A stretch of 64,000 nucleotides of DNA, from sequence record PZ495249.1, one strand, 5' to 3'. The notes beneath the pieces were generated by a model. It saw nothing but the letters and a program-made list of their open reading frames with translations, ran no database searches and was not told the origin of the DNA. This document shows, piece by piece, positions 7,140 through 15,651 of this stretch. Numbering within the stretch: position 1 is the first letter of the stretch; each line of letters opens with the position of its first letter. The translations under genes and the position numbers were made by a program. The stretch is from a phage.

Positions 7140-8264
7140 TCACATAATCAGTGACAGGTTTGCACTTCGCGTTGTGCTTGGTTCCAGTACCACACGGAAG
7201 CTGTCGCCTGGTTCATCGCTGTACACCACCAGTTTACCACCTGCAATCAGGTCTGTCTTCCACTTCGTGGCGTTCAGGTGAATGCGTGGATCACCTTCAT
7301 CATCAATGATGACTGCGGAACATTCTTCGAATGCTTCCTGATTGTCCTGCGTTGCCGGACGCAGATAAACATCGAGGGTTTTGATGCCACTCAGGAATGA
7401 CATTGGATTGAATCCATGCCAGTTGCTAACCCAGTTCACTTCTGCCAGTTTACCGTTCACGGTGATATTGCTGATATCCCACTTGGCTTCGCCGCCCAGG
7501 GAAATACCCATCATATCCAGACACGCTTTGAAGGTCATGTCTTTGTAGAAGTTAAGCTCTTCCACGATGCCTTGAATCACATCGAAGGAGAGTTCCAAAC
7601 TCACATCCCACAGACGCTGGAAGCTTGCCTGATGCTCTTTATCATCGAGATTCTTATCCAGATAATCGAGCATTGTCTCCAGGGAGATCTTATCATAGTT
7701 GAAGCTGTAGAAGATACGGCTCGGACGGTTGATAAAGAACTCGGAGATGAAGCCGCTATTCTTGGTCAGAATAAACAGCTTGTTACCACTGCCTGTACCA
7801 TCCAAAAGCGTTAACAGCGCTTCCTGATCCTGTTTCTTCTCGTACACTTTGTCAAACTCATCGAAGATGACAATTGCTTTCTCTGCAATCTTGCTCATCA
7901 GTTCAATGAAATTGGCATCGCTATACGCTTGCGTTACCATAATAACTGGTAAACCCTCTGCTGCCAGTTTACGGCTAATCACCTTAGCCAGCATGGTTTT
8001 ACCGCTACCCTTTGTGCCGGATAAGAGAACACCTGTGTTCTTGCCCTGCTCCGCACGACGCTTGTAGGTAGAGATGATGTGCGATGCACGTTTCTCTGTT
8101 TCACCATACAGGACGCTTGGTACTCCTGTCAAATCCCCACGACTAAGGAAGTAGTTACCCAGTGGATCACGGCTCACTGTCCAGAAACCAGCAGGGAGAG
8201 TTTCGCTCTTGACACCTGCCTCTTTGTCCACTACTGCGATATCACCATAAATTGTGTATGACAC
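7140..8264 (-). CDS. P-loop ATPase (AAA-like), paralog of 24796..25956
   Basis: Walker A GTKGSGKT and Walker B IVIFDEFD; long blocks conserved with the 24796 gene product. Confidence 0.75.
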   Translation of the reverse strand: MSYTIYGDIAVVDKEAGVKSETLPAGFWTVSRDPLGNYFLSRGDLTGVPSVLYGETEKRASHIISTYKRRAEQGKNTGVLLSGTKGSGKTMLAKVISRKLAAEGLPVIMVTQAYSDANFIELMSKIAEKAIVIFDEFDKVYEKKQDQEALLTLLDGTGSGNKLFILTKNSGFISEFFINRPSRIFYSFNYDKISLETMLDYLDKNLDDKEHQASFQRLWDVSLELSFDVIQGIVEELNFYKDMTFKACLDMMGISLGGEAKWDISNITVNGKLAEVNWVSNWHGFNPMSFLSGIKTLDVYLRPATQDNQEAFEECSAVIIDDEGDPRIHLNATKWKTDLIAGGKLVVYSDEPGDSFRVVLEPSTTRSANLSLIM

Positions 8265-8278
8265 ATAACCCCCTTAAA

Positions 8279-8671
8279 TTATTTTTTAATCAACTGTGCT
8301 GCGTATTCAATCAGCCAAACTTTCGGTGCAATAGAGATGTAAGCCAACTGGAGAAGATTCGCGACAAGCATACTACCACCGACAGCTAAACCTACTACCC
8401 AGAAGATAAATTGTACGAAAGTACCCAACCCTTTTTCATACTGGTTCAGGTTTGGTTTGAATCTGTTACCCATTTTGCACAAGAACACCAGAATAACGAT
8501 ACCAACCACCATCCAAATCGAAACCTTCGCAATGTTCCACATGATAAGTTGATGGATAACTTCTGGAATTTGTTGTTTACCAAACTCCACAACATCGCTG
8601 ACGCTTTGTACTGTCACATCAATCATCTTGACCAGTAACTCACTTGCCTTTGCTTCGAGTGCCTCGTTCAT
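8279..8671 (-). CDS. membrane protein (130 aa)
   Basis: track ORF; AAGGAG RBS; hydrophobic segments. Confidence 0.55.
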   Translation of the reverse strand: MNEALEAKASELLVKMIDVTVQSVSDVVEFGKQQIPEVIHQLIMWNIAKVSIWMVVGIVILVFLCKMGNRFKPNLNQYEKGLGTFVQFIFWVVGLAVGGSMLVANLLQLAYISIAPKVWLIEYAAQLIKK

Positions 8672-8741
8672 GTTTTCTCCTTAGTGGATTAGTTTCTCTC
8701 AACAAGGAACACTTTACAGTGCTCCTCAGTGAAAGTCAACT

Positions 8742-9341
8742 TTATTTGAAGTTGCGCAGTACCAGGTTGGTATTCTGAATAGCGTTGATATCACGCTCAC
8801 TGTTACGAACCAGGAAAATACCGCCACCACTGGTGATCATGTCACGTTTAGCTACGAACACAGAGCGCAGGGACTGATCTTCGTTCAAAGCAACACAGAT
8901 ATCACCAGGTACGATGTTCAGGAATGTGAAGGTTTTATCGGTGTCCTTGCGGTACGTTGGCTGAGCCACACGAACACGCGCTGGTTTGCCGTTGAACAGC
9001 ACACGGATCGCATTACCTTTGATCTGGAACTTAGCTTTCGGTAGAACAGTTTCCAGAATGTTCGGGCGGGTAGAAGGGCTACGCGCTGTGCTAACCAGAC
9101 GGACATATTCACCTTGTTTTGGTTGCTCAACCATCACTTTCGCAGGTGCGGCAACAGGCGTTGCTTTTACGGTGGGTGCTTTCAGCTTAGCCATCTCACC
9201 TTCAACCTTCTCCAGCTTTTCCAGACGCGCATCAGCGAGAACAGACAAGCCGTATGATTTGGTTTCCAGATAATCAATACGTGCTTCCAGTTCAGCAACA
9301 ATCGCATCGTGAGTAGTTTTACGCATCAGACCAAAAATCAT
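8742..9341 (-). CDS. hypothetical protein (199 aa)
   Basis: track ORF; AGGAG RBS. Confidence 0.6.
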   Translation of the reverse strand: MIFGLMRKTTHDAIVAELEARIDYLETKSYGLSVLADARLEKLEKVEGEMAKLKAPTVKATPVAAPAKVMVEQPKQGEYVRLVSTARSPSTRPNILETVLPKAKFQIKGNAIRVLFNGKPARVRVAQPTYRKDTDKTFTFLNIVPGDICVALNEDQSLRSVFVAKRDMITSGGGIFLVRNSERDINAIQNTNLVLRNFK

Positions 9342-9355
9342 ATATTTCTCCTCTT

Positions 9356-9622
9356 TTAAAATTCAACACACTTGTCTAAGTGTTCCAGTTCAACTTCTGC
9401 CAAGGTTAGCATCTTAACTAAACCCTTGTCAATACCTAATTTGATTACTCCGTAATAATCACCAAACAAATCTGTGGGGCAGATCTCATGCTCAGTGACA
9501 ACCACTACCTCGTTACCAGCGACGTACTCACGCCACACCTTACCGCATTTCCACACATGATCTGCTGCATCATCAGAGATCATCTTCTGTTTAACTTTAA
9601 TCAAAACACCCTCGTTGTCCAC
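9356..9622 (-). CDS. hypothetical protein (88 aa), GTG start
   Basis: track ORF; first codon is GTG; overlaps stop of upstream gene. Confidence 0.5.
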   Translation of the reverse strand: MDNEGVLIKVKQKMISDDAADHVWKCGKVWREYVAGNEVVVVTEHEICPTDLFGDYYGVIKLGIDKGLVKMLTLAEVELEHLDKCVEF

Positions 9623-9846
9623 TCTTTACCAGAAGGATAATTACCTCGGCAAATCTTGCCGTCTGAATGCCAGTTTATGCTATCAGGGAACGTATGTCCA
9701 GCAATTTTTTCATGTGGGAGCCATTCTGTTGGCTTCTCATTCCCGTTGATCCACTTGAAACCAGCATCTTCAAGCAGTTCCAGTGCAAAGATCATATCAT
9801 CTTCACAATAAACCGTCATCTTCTGACCTTTAACGAAGTTCATCAC
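9601..9846 (-). CDS. hypothetical protein (81 aa)
   Basis: track ORF in tight array. Confidence 0.5.
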   Translation of the reverse strand: MMNFVKGQKMTVYCEDDMIFALELLEDAGFKWINGNEKPTEWLPHEKIAGHTFPDSINWHSDGKICRGNYPSGKEWTTRVF

Positions 9847-10178
9847 ATATCTCCGTAGCAGACGGTAATATCCATCTCTTTGCAGAGCTTATCCCAGGCT
9901 TGGCTACCGAAGCTGCGACCGCAAATGCAACTATATGCGAAGCAACATGCCGCATGGTACACTAAGGCTTCTGCATCTTCTTCGGCAGAAACTTCTTCTT
10001 GTTTGCCGTAACGCATATCGAACACCACTTTACCATCCTTTTCAAAAACATGCAAGTGGCTCTTAGCCTGGCTGTGGAGATCGGCATAATAAACACCGTT
10101 GGCACGTTTGTGCAACGAAACTTCAATATCGTTGTCAATCAGGTAGGACAGCATTTCTAATACGTTTGGGCTAAACAT
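9843..10178 (-). CDS. hypothetical protein (111 aa)
   Basis: track ORF; start overlaps neighbour stop. Confidence 0.5.
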   Translation of the reverse strand: MFSPNVLEMLSYLIDNDIEVSLHKRANGVYYADLHSQAKSHLHVFEKDGKVVFDMRYGKQEEVSAEEDAEALVYHAACCFAYSCICGRSFGSQAWDKLCKEMDITVCYGDM

Positions 10179-10187
10179 AATTTCTCC

Positions 10188-10595
10188 TTAGTTATACAGA
10201 TTGTTGAAGTATTTAGCAAAGAGTATACGCCCTTCGCGTTCAATGTCAAGACGTTCTGTACGTTTTGCAATATAATGTGGATCAGAGTGGTGGATGATAT
10301 CCTTACTTTGATCGAAAGCATCAATCATACGATCAACGACCCGCAGCCATTCCTTATCTGCCTGTTCAATCTGTTCTTCCGTATGCTCTCCCTGTGGGAC
10401 AGTTGGGAACATCTCACGCAGCAATAAACCAGGGACAGCGCGGAATGGATCATTCGCAATCACTACACGGAACTGGCACAACCCCTGAAAAATGATGGTG
10501 GCGAGAGTAGTATCCAGATCCAACACATCTTCTTTTTCCAGGATCACTTCGGTAATGGTGTCGCCTTTTTCATTCTTCATGTTCTTACTCCTCAT
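10188..10595 (-). CDS. hypothetical protein (135 aa)
   Basis: track ORF. Confidence 0.55.
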   Translation of the reverse strand: MRSKNMKNEKGDTITEVILEKEDVLDLDTTLATIIFQGLCQFRVVIANDPFRAVPGLLLREMFPTVPQGEHTEEQIEQADKEWLRVVDRMIDAFDQSKDIIHHSDPHYIAKRTERLDIEREGRILFAKYFNNLYN

Positions 10596-11055
10596 TTACA
10601 GCTTTCAATTTACGCAGGATGTTTTCCACTTCTGACATAGTTTTAGCTTCTTCAAGCTGGCTTGTCAAGCGAGTAATGATGCCTTTAATTACATCAGGAT
10701 TCGTCTTTGGCTCACGGCGGCGCAGAGCACTCATCTCTTCATAGTGCTTGTTCTCTACTTCCGTCACTTCGTTACGCCAATCCACTTCATCCATTGCGCC
10801 TTTACAGACGCAAGTGAAACCTGTCACATCGTAGTTGCCATAACGTGCAATGTTGGGTTGCAGAGGTAAGCCCTCGTTCCCGCAGTAGGCACACACTGGA
10901 CGACCATAAGTGCTGATCATTTTCGTGGGTTCAGCGTCACACTCACTATTCCAACTGATACGGTAGCTGGAACCATTATCACCATGTGAGGAACCAACAA
11001 AACCACGGCTAAAGCGGTCGTATGAACGTTCATCTGCGTAGTCAGGAATAGCCAT
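10585..11055 (-). CDS. hypothetical Cys-containing protein (156 aa)
   Basis: track ORF. Confidence 0.55.
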   Translation of the reverse strand: MAIPDYADERSYDRFSRGFVGSSHGDNGSSYRISWNSECDAEPTKMISTYGRPVCAYCGNEGLPLQPNIARYGNYDVTGFTCVCKGAMDEVDWRNEVTEVENKHYEEMSALRRREPKTNPDVIKGIITRLTSQLEEAKTMSEVENILRKLKAVNEE

Positions 11056-11068
11056 TTGAATTCTCCTC

Positions 11069-11362
11069 TTAGAATGCCAACACTTTCTTCGTTTCGGTAG
11101 GTGCAGTATCGAACAAGTCGATCACAAAGTCAAGCATTTTTATTAACTCGTTTGTGACATTAAACTCTTTATACGAACGGAGTTGAGTTTTCTCTTCTCC
11201 CACCTGGTGCAACACCTTAATCGGTGCATCCAGACGAATGTTACGATCTTCGTCCTCCTCGAAAGAAGCTAACCATTTCTCGTTAACACCGTGGATAGCA
11301 ATGATGATGCCATACCCTTCGGCTGTTTCTGAGATGTTCTTGGTAGATGCAATGATTTTCAT
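11069..11362 (-). CDS. hypothetical protein (97 aa), first gene of the leftward unit
   Basis: track ORF; AGAGGAG RBS; promoter at about 11392..11419. Confidence 0.55.
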   Translation of the reverse strand: MKIIASTKNISETAEGYGIIIAIHGVNEKWLASFEEDEDRNIRLDAPIKVLHQVGEEKTQLRSYKEFNVTNELIKMLDFVIDLFDTAPTETKKVLAF

Positions 11363-11391
11363 TTATTACTCCTCTTGTTTCAATACCGCCC

Positions 11392-11419
11392 ATCTTACTT
11401 GAAAAATATTTCATGTCAA
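11392..11419 (-). promoter_or_regulatory. leftward promoter TTGACA-N16-TAAGAT
   Basis: divergent pair with rightward promoter; -35 hexamers about 3 nt apart. Confidence 0.5.
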
Positions 11420-11422
11420 GTG

Positions 11423-11450
11423 TTGACTTTCATTTCTGGTTTGATAAGAT
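11423..11450 (+). promoter_or_regulatory. rightward promoter TTGACT-N16-TAAGAT
   Basis: 30 nt upstream of RBS of gene 11481..11969; strand-switch point. Confidence 0.5.
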
Positions 11451-11480
11451 TGTTGCATACAAAACGAGAGGAGACACCTA

Positions 11481-11969
11481 ATGTACAATCTGACCTGGAC
11501 TCAAGCCCAAGAAGCAATGCGTGAAGGTAAACGTGTTAAGAACAGCAACTTCACGGACGAAGAGTTCTTCTATATGGAAGATGGAAAGATCTGGGATGAG
11601 CAGGGCTACCCAATGGCTGGCTGGTATCGTGGCTACGATTGGCAGGAGGCAGGTTGGATGATCCTGGAAGACAACTTCAAACCTTTTGAAGAAGATATCT
11701 CAGAATCTGCCTGGAAAGAAGAAGAGATCCGTCTTACTGGTGCAGAACGCCAGAAGATGAAAGCTGTTATGCTTGGTGAAAACTATTCTGCACTGGAGGA
11801 GAAAGTTCTTGCACTTTACGCAGGGCAAGGTTATGATTTGGAAACTATGGATTGCTACGTTGGTATCACTCCACGATCTCCGACCTTACCTCGTGAAAAG
11901 GAGAACTACAACTTCCGTATCACGAAAGGTCGTGGTCATAACAAATTACAGAAGAGGAAAAAGAAATGA
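11481..11969 (+). CDS. hypothetical protein, N-terminus resembling DUF2829 (Tad2-like) fold
   Basis: track ORF; GAGAGGAG RBS; N-terminal W..A.EAMREGKRV...GW...DW pattern; first gene after rightward promoter. Confidence 0.6.
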   Translation: MYNLTWTQAQEAMREGKRVKNSNFTDEEFFYMEDGKIWDEQGYPMAGWYRGYDWQEAGWMILEDNFKPFEEDISESAWKEEEIRLTGAERQKMKAVMLGENYSALEEKVLALYAGQGYDLETMDCYVGITPRSPTLPREKENYNFRITKGRGHNKLQKRKKK

Positions 11970-12073
11970 TAACATTTCTGTTAGGGTTGGGTATCGGAAC
12001 ACTATTAGGATATATAGCTGTTGTTCTTATCGTTGGAGCAATAGCGGTTTTAATTTTAGATCTATTCAGTTAA
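11966..12073 (+). CDS. small hydrophobic protein (35 aa)
   Basis: hand-called ORF; ATGA start/stop overlap with upstream gene; one predicted helix. Confidence 0.3.
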   Translation: MITFLLGLGIGTLLGYIAVVLIVGAIAVLILDLFS

Positions 12074-12082
12074 GGAGCAGAG

Positions 12083-12256
12083 ATGACTAAATACTACCGG
12101 AACAAACATAACGATCTGATCTACTGGGTCCAGGATGATGTTGTGCTGTGTGACGATGATGATATGTGTGATACCATGCCATCAGCTTTCACTTTAGCCG
12201 AATTTGAGGAAGCACTGCTGGATACTTTTGCGTTTGAAGAAGTGATGGATGTATAA
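12083..12256 (+). CDS. small acidic protein (57 aa)
   Basis: hand-called ORF; AAGGAG RBS. Confidence 0.4.
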   Translation: MTKYYRNKHNDLIYWVQDDVVLCDDDDMCDTMPSAFTLAEFEEALLDTFAFEEVMDV

Positions 12257-12420
12257 TGACTATCTATCAAAATCAGTTTCGTGCTGTCATGCGTAAATAC
12301 GTTGGCAACAAGGGTTACGCCTCTACGGATGGTGGAGTCACTTGGTCTGAAAGCGGTACACCGGAAGAACTGATCAAGAAACTTCCATACTACAAAATTG
12401 TGAATAAAGGAGGAGAGTAA
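12256..12420 (+). CDS. small protein (54 aa)
   Basis: hand-called ORF; TAATG overlap with upstream ORF. Confidence 0.4.
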   Translation: MTIYQNQFRAVMRKYVGNKGYASTDGGVTWSESGTPEELIKKLPYYKIVNKGGE

Positions 12421-12421
12421 A

Positions 12422-12829
12422 ATGAAAAAACAATCTATCTTCAATACTGCTGTGGGTGTCCTCACTATCGCCTTAGCTACGGTTAGTCTTATTGGTTGTG
12501 AACAAGCTGCTGACGTTGCAAGCCGTAACATCGCCACCGCTGGCGATAACTTTGAAGTGTTGCGTTCTATTCACTTCATCAACACCCGTACAGATAAAGA
12601 ACTCATGCGTATCGAAGGTTACTGTGCGAAAGACAACAGTAGCACTGATCGTACACTGATCATCACCTGCCGAGATAAGGCCAACGGTTCCGTGAAGAAG
12701 CACTATATGGGGCTGTCTACCGACACCACCTACTTCATTGAACAAGTGGATGGTGCTCAGGTGAGCGTGGATCACACCCGTGTTATCTTTGCTCCACAAA
12801 CTCTGATCCCAAGTCTGGAAGTACGCTAA
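12422..12829 (+). CDS. lipoprotein (lipobox L-I-G-C)
   Basis: track ORF; signal peptide ending in LIGC; AAGGAGGAG RBS. Confidence 0.65.
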   Translation: MKKQSIFNTAVGVLTIALATVSLIGCEQAADVASRNIATAGDNFEVLRSIHFINTRTDKELMRIEGYCAKDNSSTDRTLIITCRDKANGSVKKHYMGLSTDTTYFIEQVDGAQVSVDHTRVIFAPQTLIPSLEVR

Positions 12830-13176
12830 TGGCTGAACTCACTGTACGTGAAAAGGTGATGAAAGCCGAACTGCAAAACATTGCCTGTGATCTGGGGTTA
12901 GACCACGAGACAGCGGGATTCTTGGACATTGTGAATGCAATCTTTGCATTACAACATCCGTGGATTGATGTTGATGGTATTGACAACATGCCATTTGGTA
13001 ACTGGATTGTCATTATGGCTGATGGTAAACATGGCGTTTGCCAGGTAGTACAAGGTGGTAGCGGTAAGTTTGCAGTGATCAATGGTCACTTCTACTTTGA
13101 CCTGGAACCAGTGGTAGCATACATGCCTATGCCTGAATATATCCCGAAAGGAGGTGTTGAATGTCCTTCTTCTTAG
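12829..13176 (+). CDS. hypothetical protein (115 aa)
   Basis: track ORF; TAATG overlap with upstream gene. Confidence 0.55.
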   Translation: MAELTVREKVMKAELQNIACDLGLDHETAGFLDIVNAIFALQHPWIDVDGIDNMPFGNWIVIMADGKHGVCQVVQGGSGKFAVINGHFYFDLEPVVAYMPMPEYIPKGGVECPSS

Positions 13177-13298
13177 GTATGAACTTGATGTTCATGGTGG
13201 CGTGTAACATTGCCGTTTGGTTGTTCAATAGTCCTGGCTTGGGGCTTGTTTTCTTAGGTTGTCAGGTTGTTTGCTTGTTCTTATCATTCTTGGAGTAG
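13161..13298 (+). CDS. small hydrophobic protein (45 aa)
   Basis: hand-called ORF; GGAGGT RBS; overlaps end of previous gene in another frame. Confidence 0.3.
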   Translation: MSFFLGMNLMFMVACNIAVWLFNSPGLGLVFLGCQVVCLFLSFLE

Positions 13299-13306
13299 GA
13301 GGTTTT

Positions 13307-13738
13307 ATGACAGATATCATTCGCGCTAAATTCGAGGAACTTCACCCGTACAAAGAGGGTAGCAACAAGAGCCTCTACGAATCGCTGTACGCGATCTTCA
13401 AGGAAGGATGGGAAAACGGTAAGTCTTCTCGTGAAAACACGCCAGAGAGCGATACAGGCCGTCGTTATGGCTTCTGCATCCCTGTTATGGAGTTTGAACG
13501 AGGTTGGGGTGCTAAACACGATGGCTACATGGTTGGTTTTACCATCGAAGATATTAAAGCCCGTCAGGAGATTTTTGAAAGAACCAATTCTGACGATTAC
13601 GGCTTGTACTATGCTCGCCCTAATGAATTTACTCCTGTGGAGTTGACAGAAGAGGCAATTGAAGCTTTAATGTTAGCTACCGACAGACACTGTACGATCT
13701 GGTTTGATTATGCAGAACAATTTGCAAAAGGAGAATAA
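13307..13738 (+). CDS. hypothetical protein (143 aa)
   Basis: track ORF 13259..13738 trimmed to Met with AGGAGG RBS. Confidence 0.6.
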   Translation: MTDIIRAKFEELHPYKEGSNKSLYESLYAIFKEGWENGKSSRENTPESDTGRRYGFCIPVMEFERGWGAKHDGYMVGFTIEDIKARQEIFERTNSDDYGLYYARPNEFTPVELTEEAIEALMLATDRHCTIWFDYAEQFAKGE

Positions 13739-13739
13739 C

Positions 13740-14015
13740 ATGCAGAACAACGTCACACCACGCGCTAATATTTCAGATCACATCATCGAAACTGCTGATG
13801 GCAGTTTGTTGTTACTGAAAGATCCTGTTGACTGGAAAGAGGGTGAAACTGTAAGAACAGCATCATCCTCCGTGAAAGGTGTTGACATTCGAGAGTTCTG
13901 TGCTGTATTCTGCAAGGACACAGGCATTCAACAAATTACCTTCGACCAAATGTATCAGATCTGTGAAGTGATGCTGCAAATGGAAGAAGCTGGAAAGGAG
14001 GTATTCCCTAAATGA
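13740..14015 (+). CDS. hypothetical protein (91 aa)
   Basis: track ORF 13704..14015 trimmed to Met with AAAGGAGAA RBS. Confidence 0.55.
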   Translation: MQNNVTPRANISDHIIETADGSLLLLKDPVDWKEGETVRTASSSVKGVDIREFCAVFCKDTGIQQITFDQMYQICEVMLQMEEAGKEVFPK

Positions 14016-14287
14016 GCAAACATCCATACTACCAACTGCTGGCGATGTTACGTAAACAGCGCAACAACATGATCGCAGACTTCCGTCACTTCAAACGGGA
14101 TCGTGTTAACCGTCATTGGATGCCACATAGTGCATTCTCTCATACGGTGACACGCTTCCGTCAGAAGATTAAGGAGATTGACAACCTGATCTTCTACAGT
14201 AAGCTGGCTATCCGTGTATCTCGTGAAACCGGAGTGCAATACCTATACGATCATGAGAACAACCGTATCTACTTTGAACTCCCGTAA
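14012..14287 (+). CDS. hypothetical basic protein (91 aa)
   Basis: track ORF; ATGA overlap. Confidence 0.55.
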   Translation: MSKHPYYQLLAMLRKQRNNMIADFRHFKRDRVNRHWMPHSAFSHTVTRFRQKIKEIDNLIFYSKLAIRVSRETGVQYLYDHENNRIYFELP

Positions 14288-14428
14288 ATAAATGTCACCA
14301 GGGTATTGACTTTCGTTAAAAAGTATGCTACCCTAACCCTGAAAGGTGACGAGCGAAGCGAGTGTGATTTATCTATTCGTTCCTGACACTCGTAGAGTGG
14401 AAGGGACGGATAGCTTAGAGGAGGAAAT

Positions 14429-14695
14429 ATGGATGTAATGACTATGAGATTCATAGTGATCTTCTTGATTATCCTGGTAGGTTTAGTTATTATACCTGCT
14501 GGTTTATGTCTTTGCTGGATGCGTAAGTATGGTGATAATGGTAGATGGTGGATGTTACCTGTATTGTTAGTTTACCTTTACCTATTCTTCAACTATTCTA
14601 ATCTTCTCATGCCTGAGAGATGGACATTGAAGCCAGTGGAAGTGTATCGCTGTGAATGGAAAACTGAATATATACCTAAATACCCTATTGACTAA
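14429..14695 (+). CDS. membrane protein (88 aa)
   Basis: track ORF; GAGGAGGA RBS; two hydrophobic segments. Confidence 0.55.
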   Translation: MDVMTMRFIVIFLIILVGLVIIPAGLCLCWMRKYGDNGRWWMLPVLLVYLYLFFNYSNLLMPERWTLKPVEVYRCEWKTEYIPKYPID

Positions 14696-14714
14696 CTGAT
14701 CAGAGAGGATTACT

Positions 14715-14924
14715 ATGACAATCAGCACAACAAAGTTACCAGCTAACAAGGACAGACCGGATGATCGTCCATACGAAGTTACTGCTTACGATGACATGAT
14801 TCTGATTGAACGTGACAGTAATTTCTTGTATGATTACGAATCTATGGCTCTAACCAAAGAACAAGCCCTGTGTCTCGCTCGATACATCATGGGTAAGTAT
14901 GGAATCAAAAACGAGGAGGTATAA
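14715..14924 (+). CDS. hypothetical protein (69 aa)
   Basis: track ORF; AGAGGA RBS. Confidence 0.5.
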   Translation: MTISTTKLPANKDRPDDRPYEVTAYDDMILIERDSNFLYDYESMALTKEQALCLARYIMGKYGIKNEEV

Positions 14925-14925
14925 C

Positions 14926-15153
14926 ATGCAAATCGAATATCCTGTGTTTCGTCGTAAAGGCGTGAAAGCCAAGTTCAACCTGGATCAGTATGCAGGCTAC
15001 AGTGTGGCTGAATGGGATACTTGTCGTATCCACCTGACGAACGGTAACACCGTTCACACGGCGTGGTCGCCGGAGCACCTGGAACGCGCTATCGAGCGTG
15101 CGGAGAAAGCCGAGATTGAGGCGGAGAACTGCCGTTGGGATCTTGAGGACTGA
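14926..15153 (+). CDS. hypothetical protein (75 aa)
   Basis: track ORF 14899..15153 trimmed to Met with GAGGAGG RBS; terminator follows. Confidence 0.5.
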   Translation: MQIEYPVFRRKGVKAKFNLDQYAGYSVAEWDTCRIHLTNGNTVHTAWSPEHLERAIERAEKAEIEAENCRWDLED

Positions 15154-15158
15154 TAACA

Positions 15159-15183
15159 AAGGGGCGTAAGCCCCTTATTTTAT
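15159..15183 (+). terminator. rho-independent terminator
   Basis: GGGGC-GTAA-GCCCC stem plus T-run. Confidence 0.55.
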
Positions 15184-15193
15184 AGGAGATGTT

Positions 15194-15634
15194 ATGAACC
15201 TGATTGAACTGTTAGGGGGAATTAAATTCCCATCAGATGTTAAATTTGTCAGCCAAGATGAAGATGGTGTGATAAATATGTACCACTCAGATCCTGAGCA
15301 ACGATCTGTCGAGCAATACTGGACATGTAAATTCTTCCTGCAATACTTAGAAGGTGAAGACGGTGAAGATCTCTATCTGCCATTGGCAGATGACTTCCGT
15401 ACTGCACTTCTGACTGTTGTTGATGGTAAAGTGGCAGGTCTTGCTTATGGTTGTGTGAATGCCCCTCCCAAACCAAAAGCTGAGTTCAAAATTCTCTTGT
15501 GTCAGGAAGATTTTGATTATATGATGGATGGCATGGAGGTTGCTGAACTCACGGTAGGCATTGTCAACCAGATCCTGAAAGAGCAGGGTGTAGATATTGT
15601 CTTTGCAGTAGAAGACAGTTCTGACGAAGAATAA
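15194..15634 (+). CDS. acidic hypothetical protein (146 aa)
   Basis: track ORF; TAGGAG RBS. Confidence 0.6.
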   Translation: MNLIELLGGIKFPSDVKFVSQDEDGVINMYHSDPEQRSVEQYWTCKFFLQYLEGEDGEDLYLPLADDFRTALLTVVDGKVAGLAYGCVNAPPKPKAEFKILLCQEDFDYMMDGMEVAELTVGIVNQILKEQGVDIVFAVEDSSDEE

Positions 15635-15651
15635 TTGATAAAGGAGATCCC

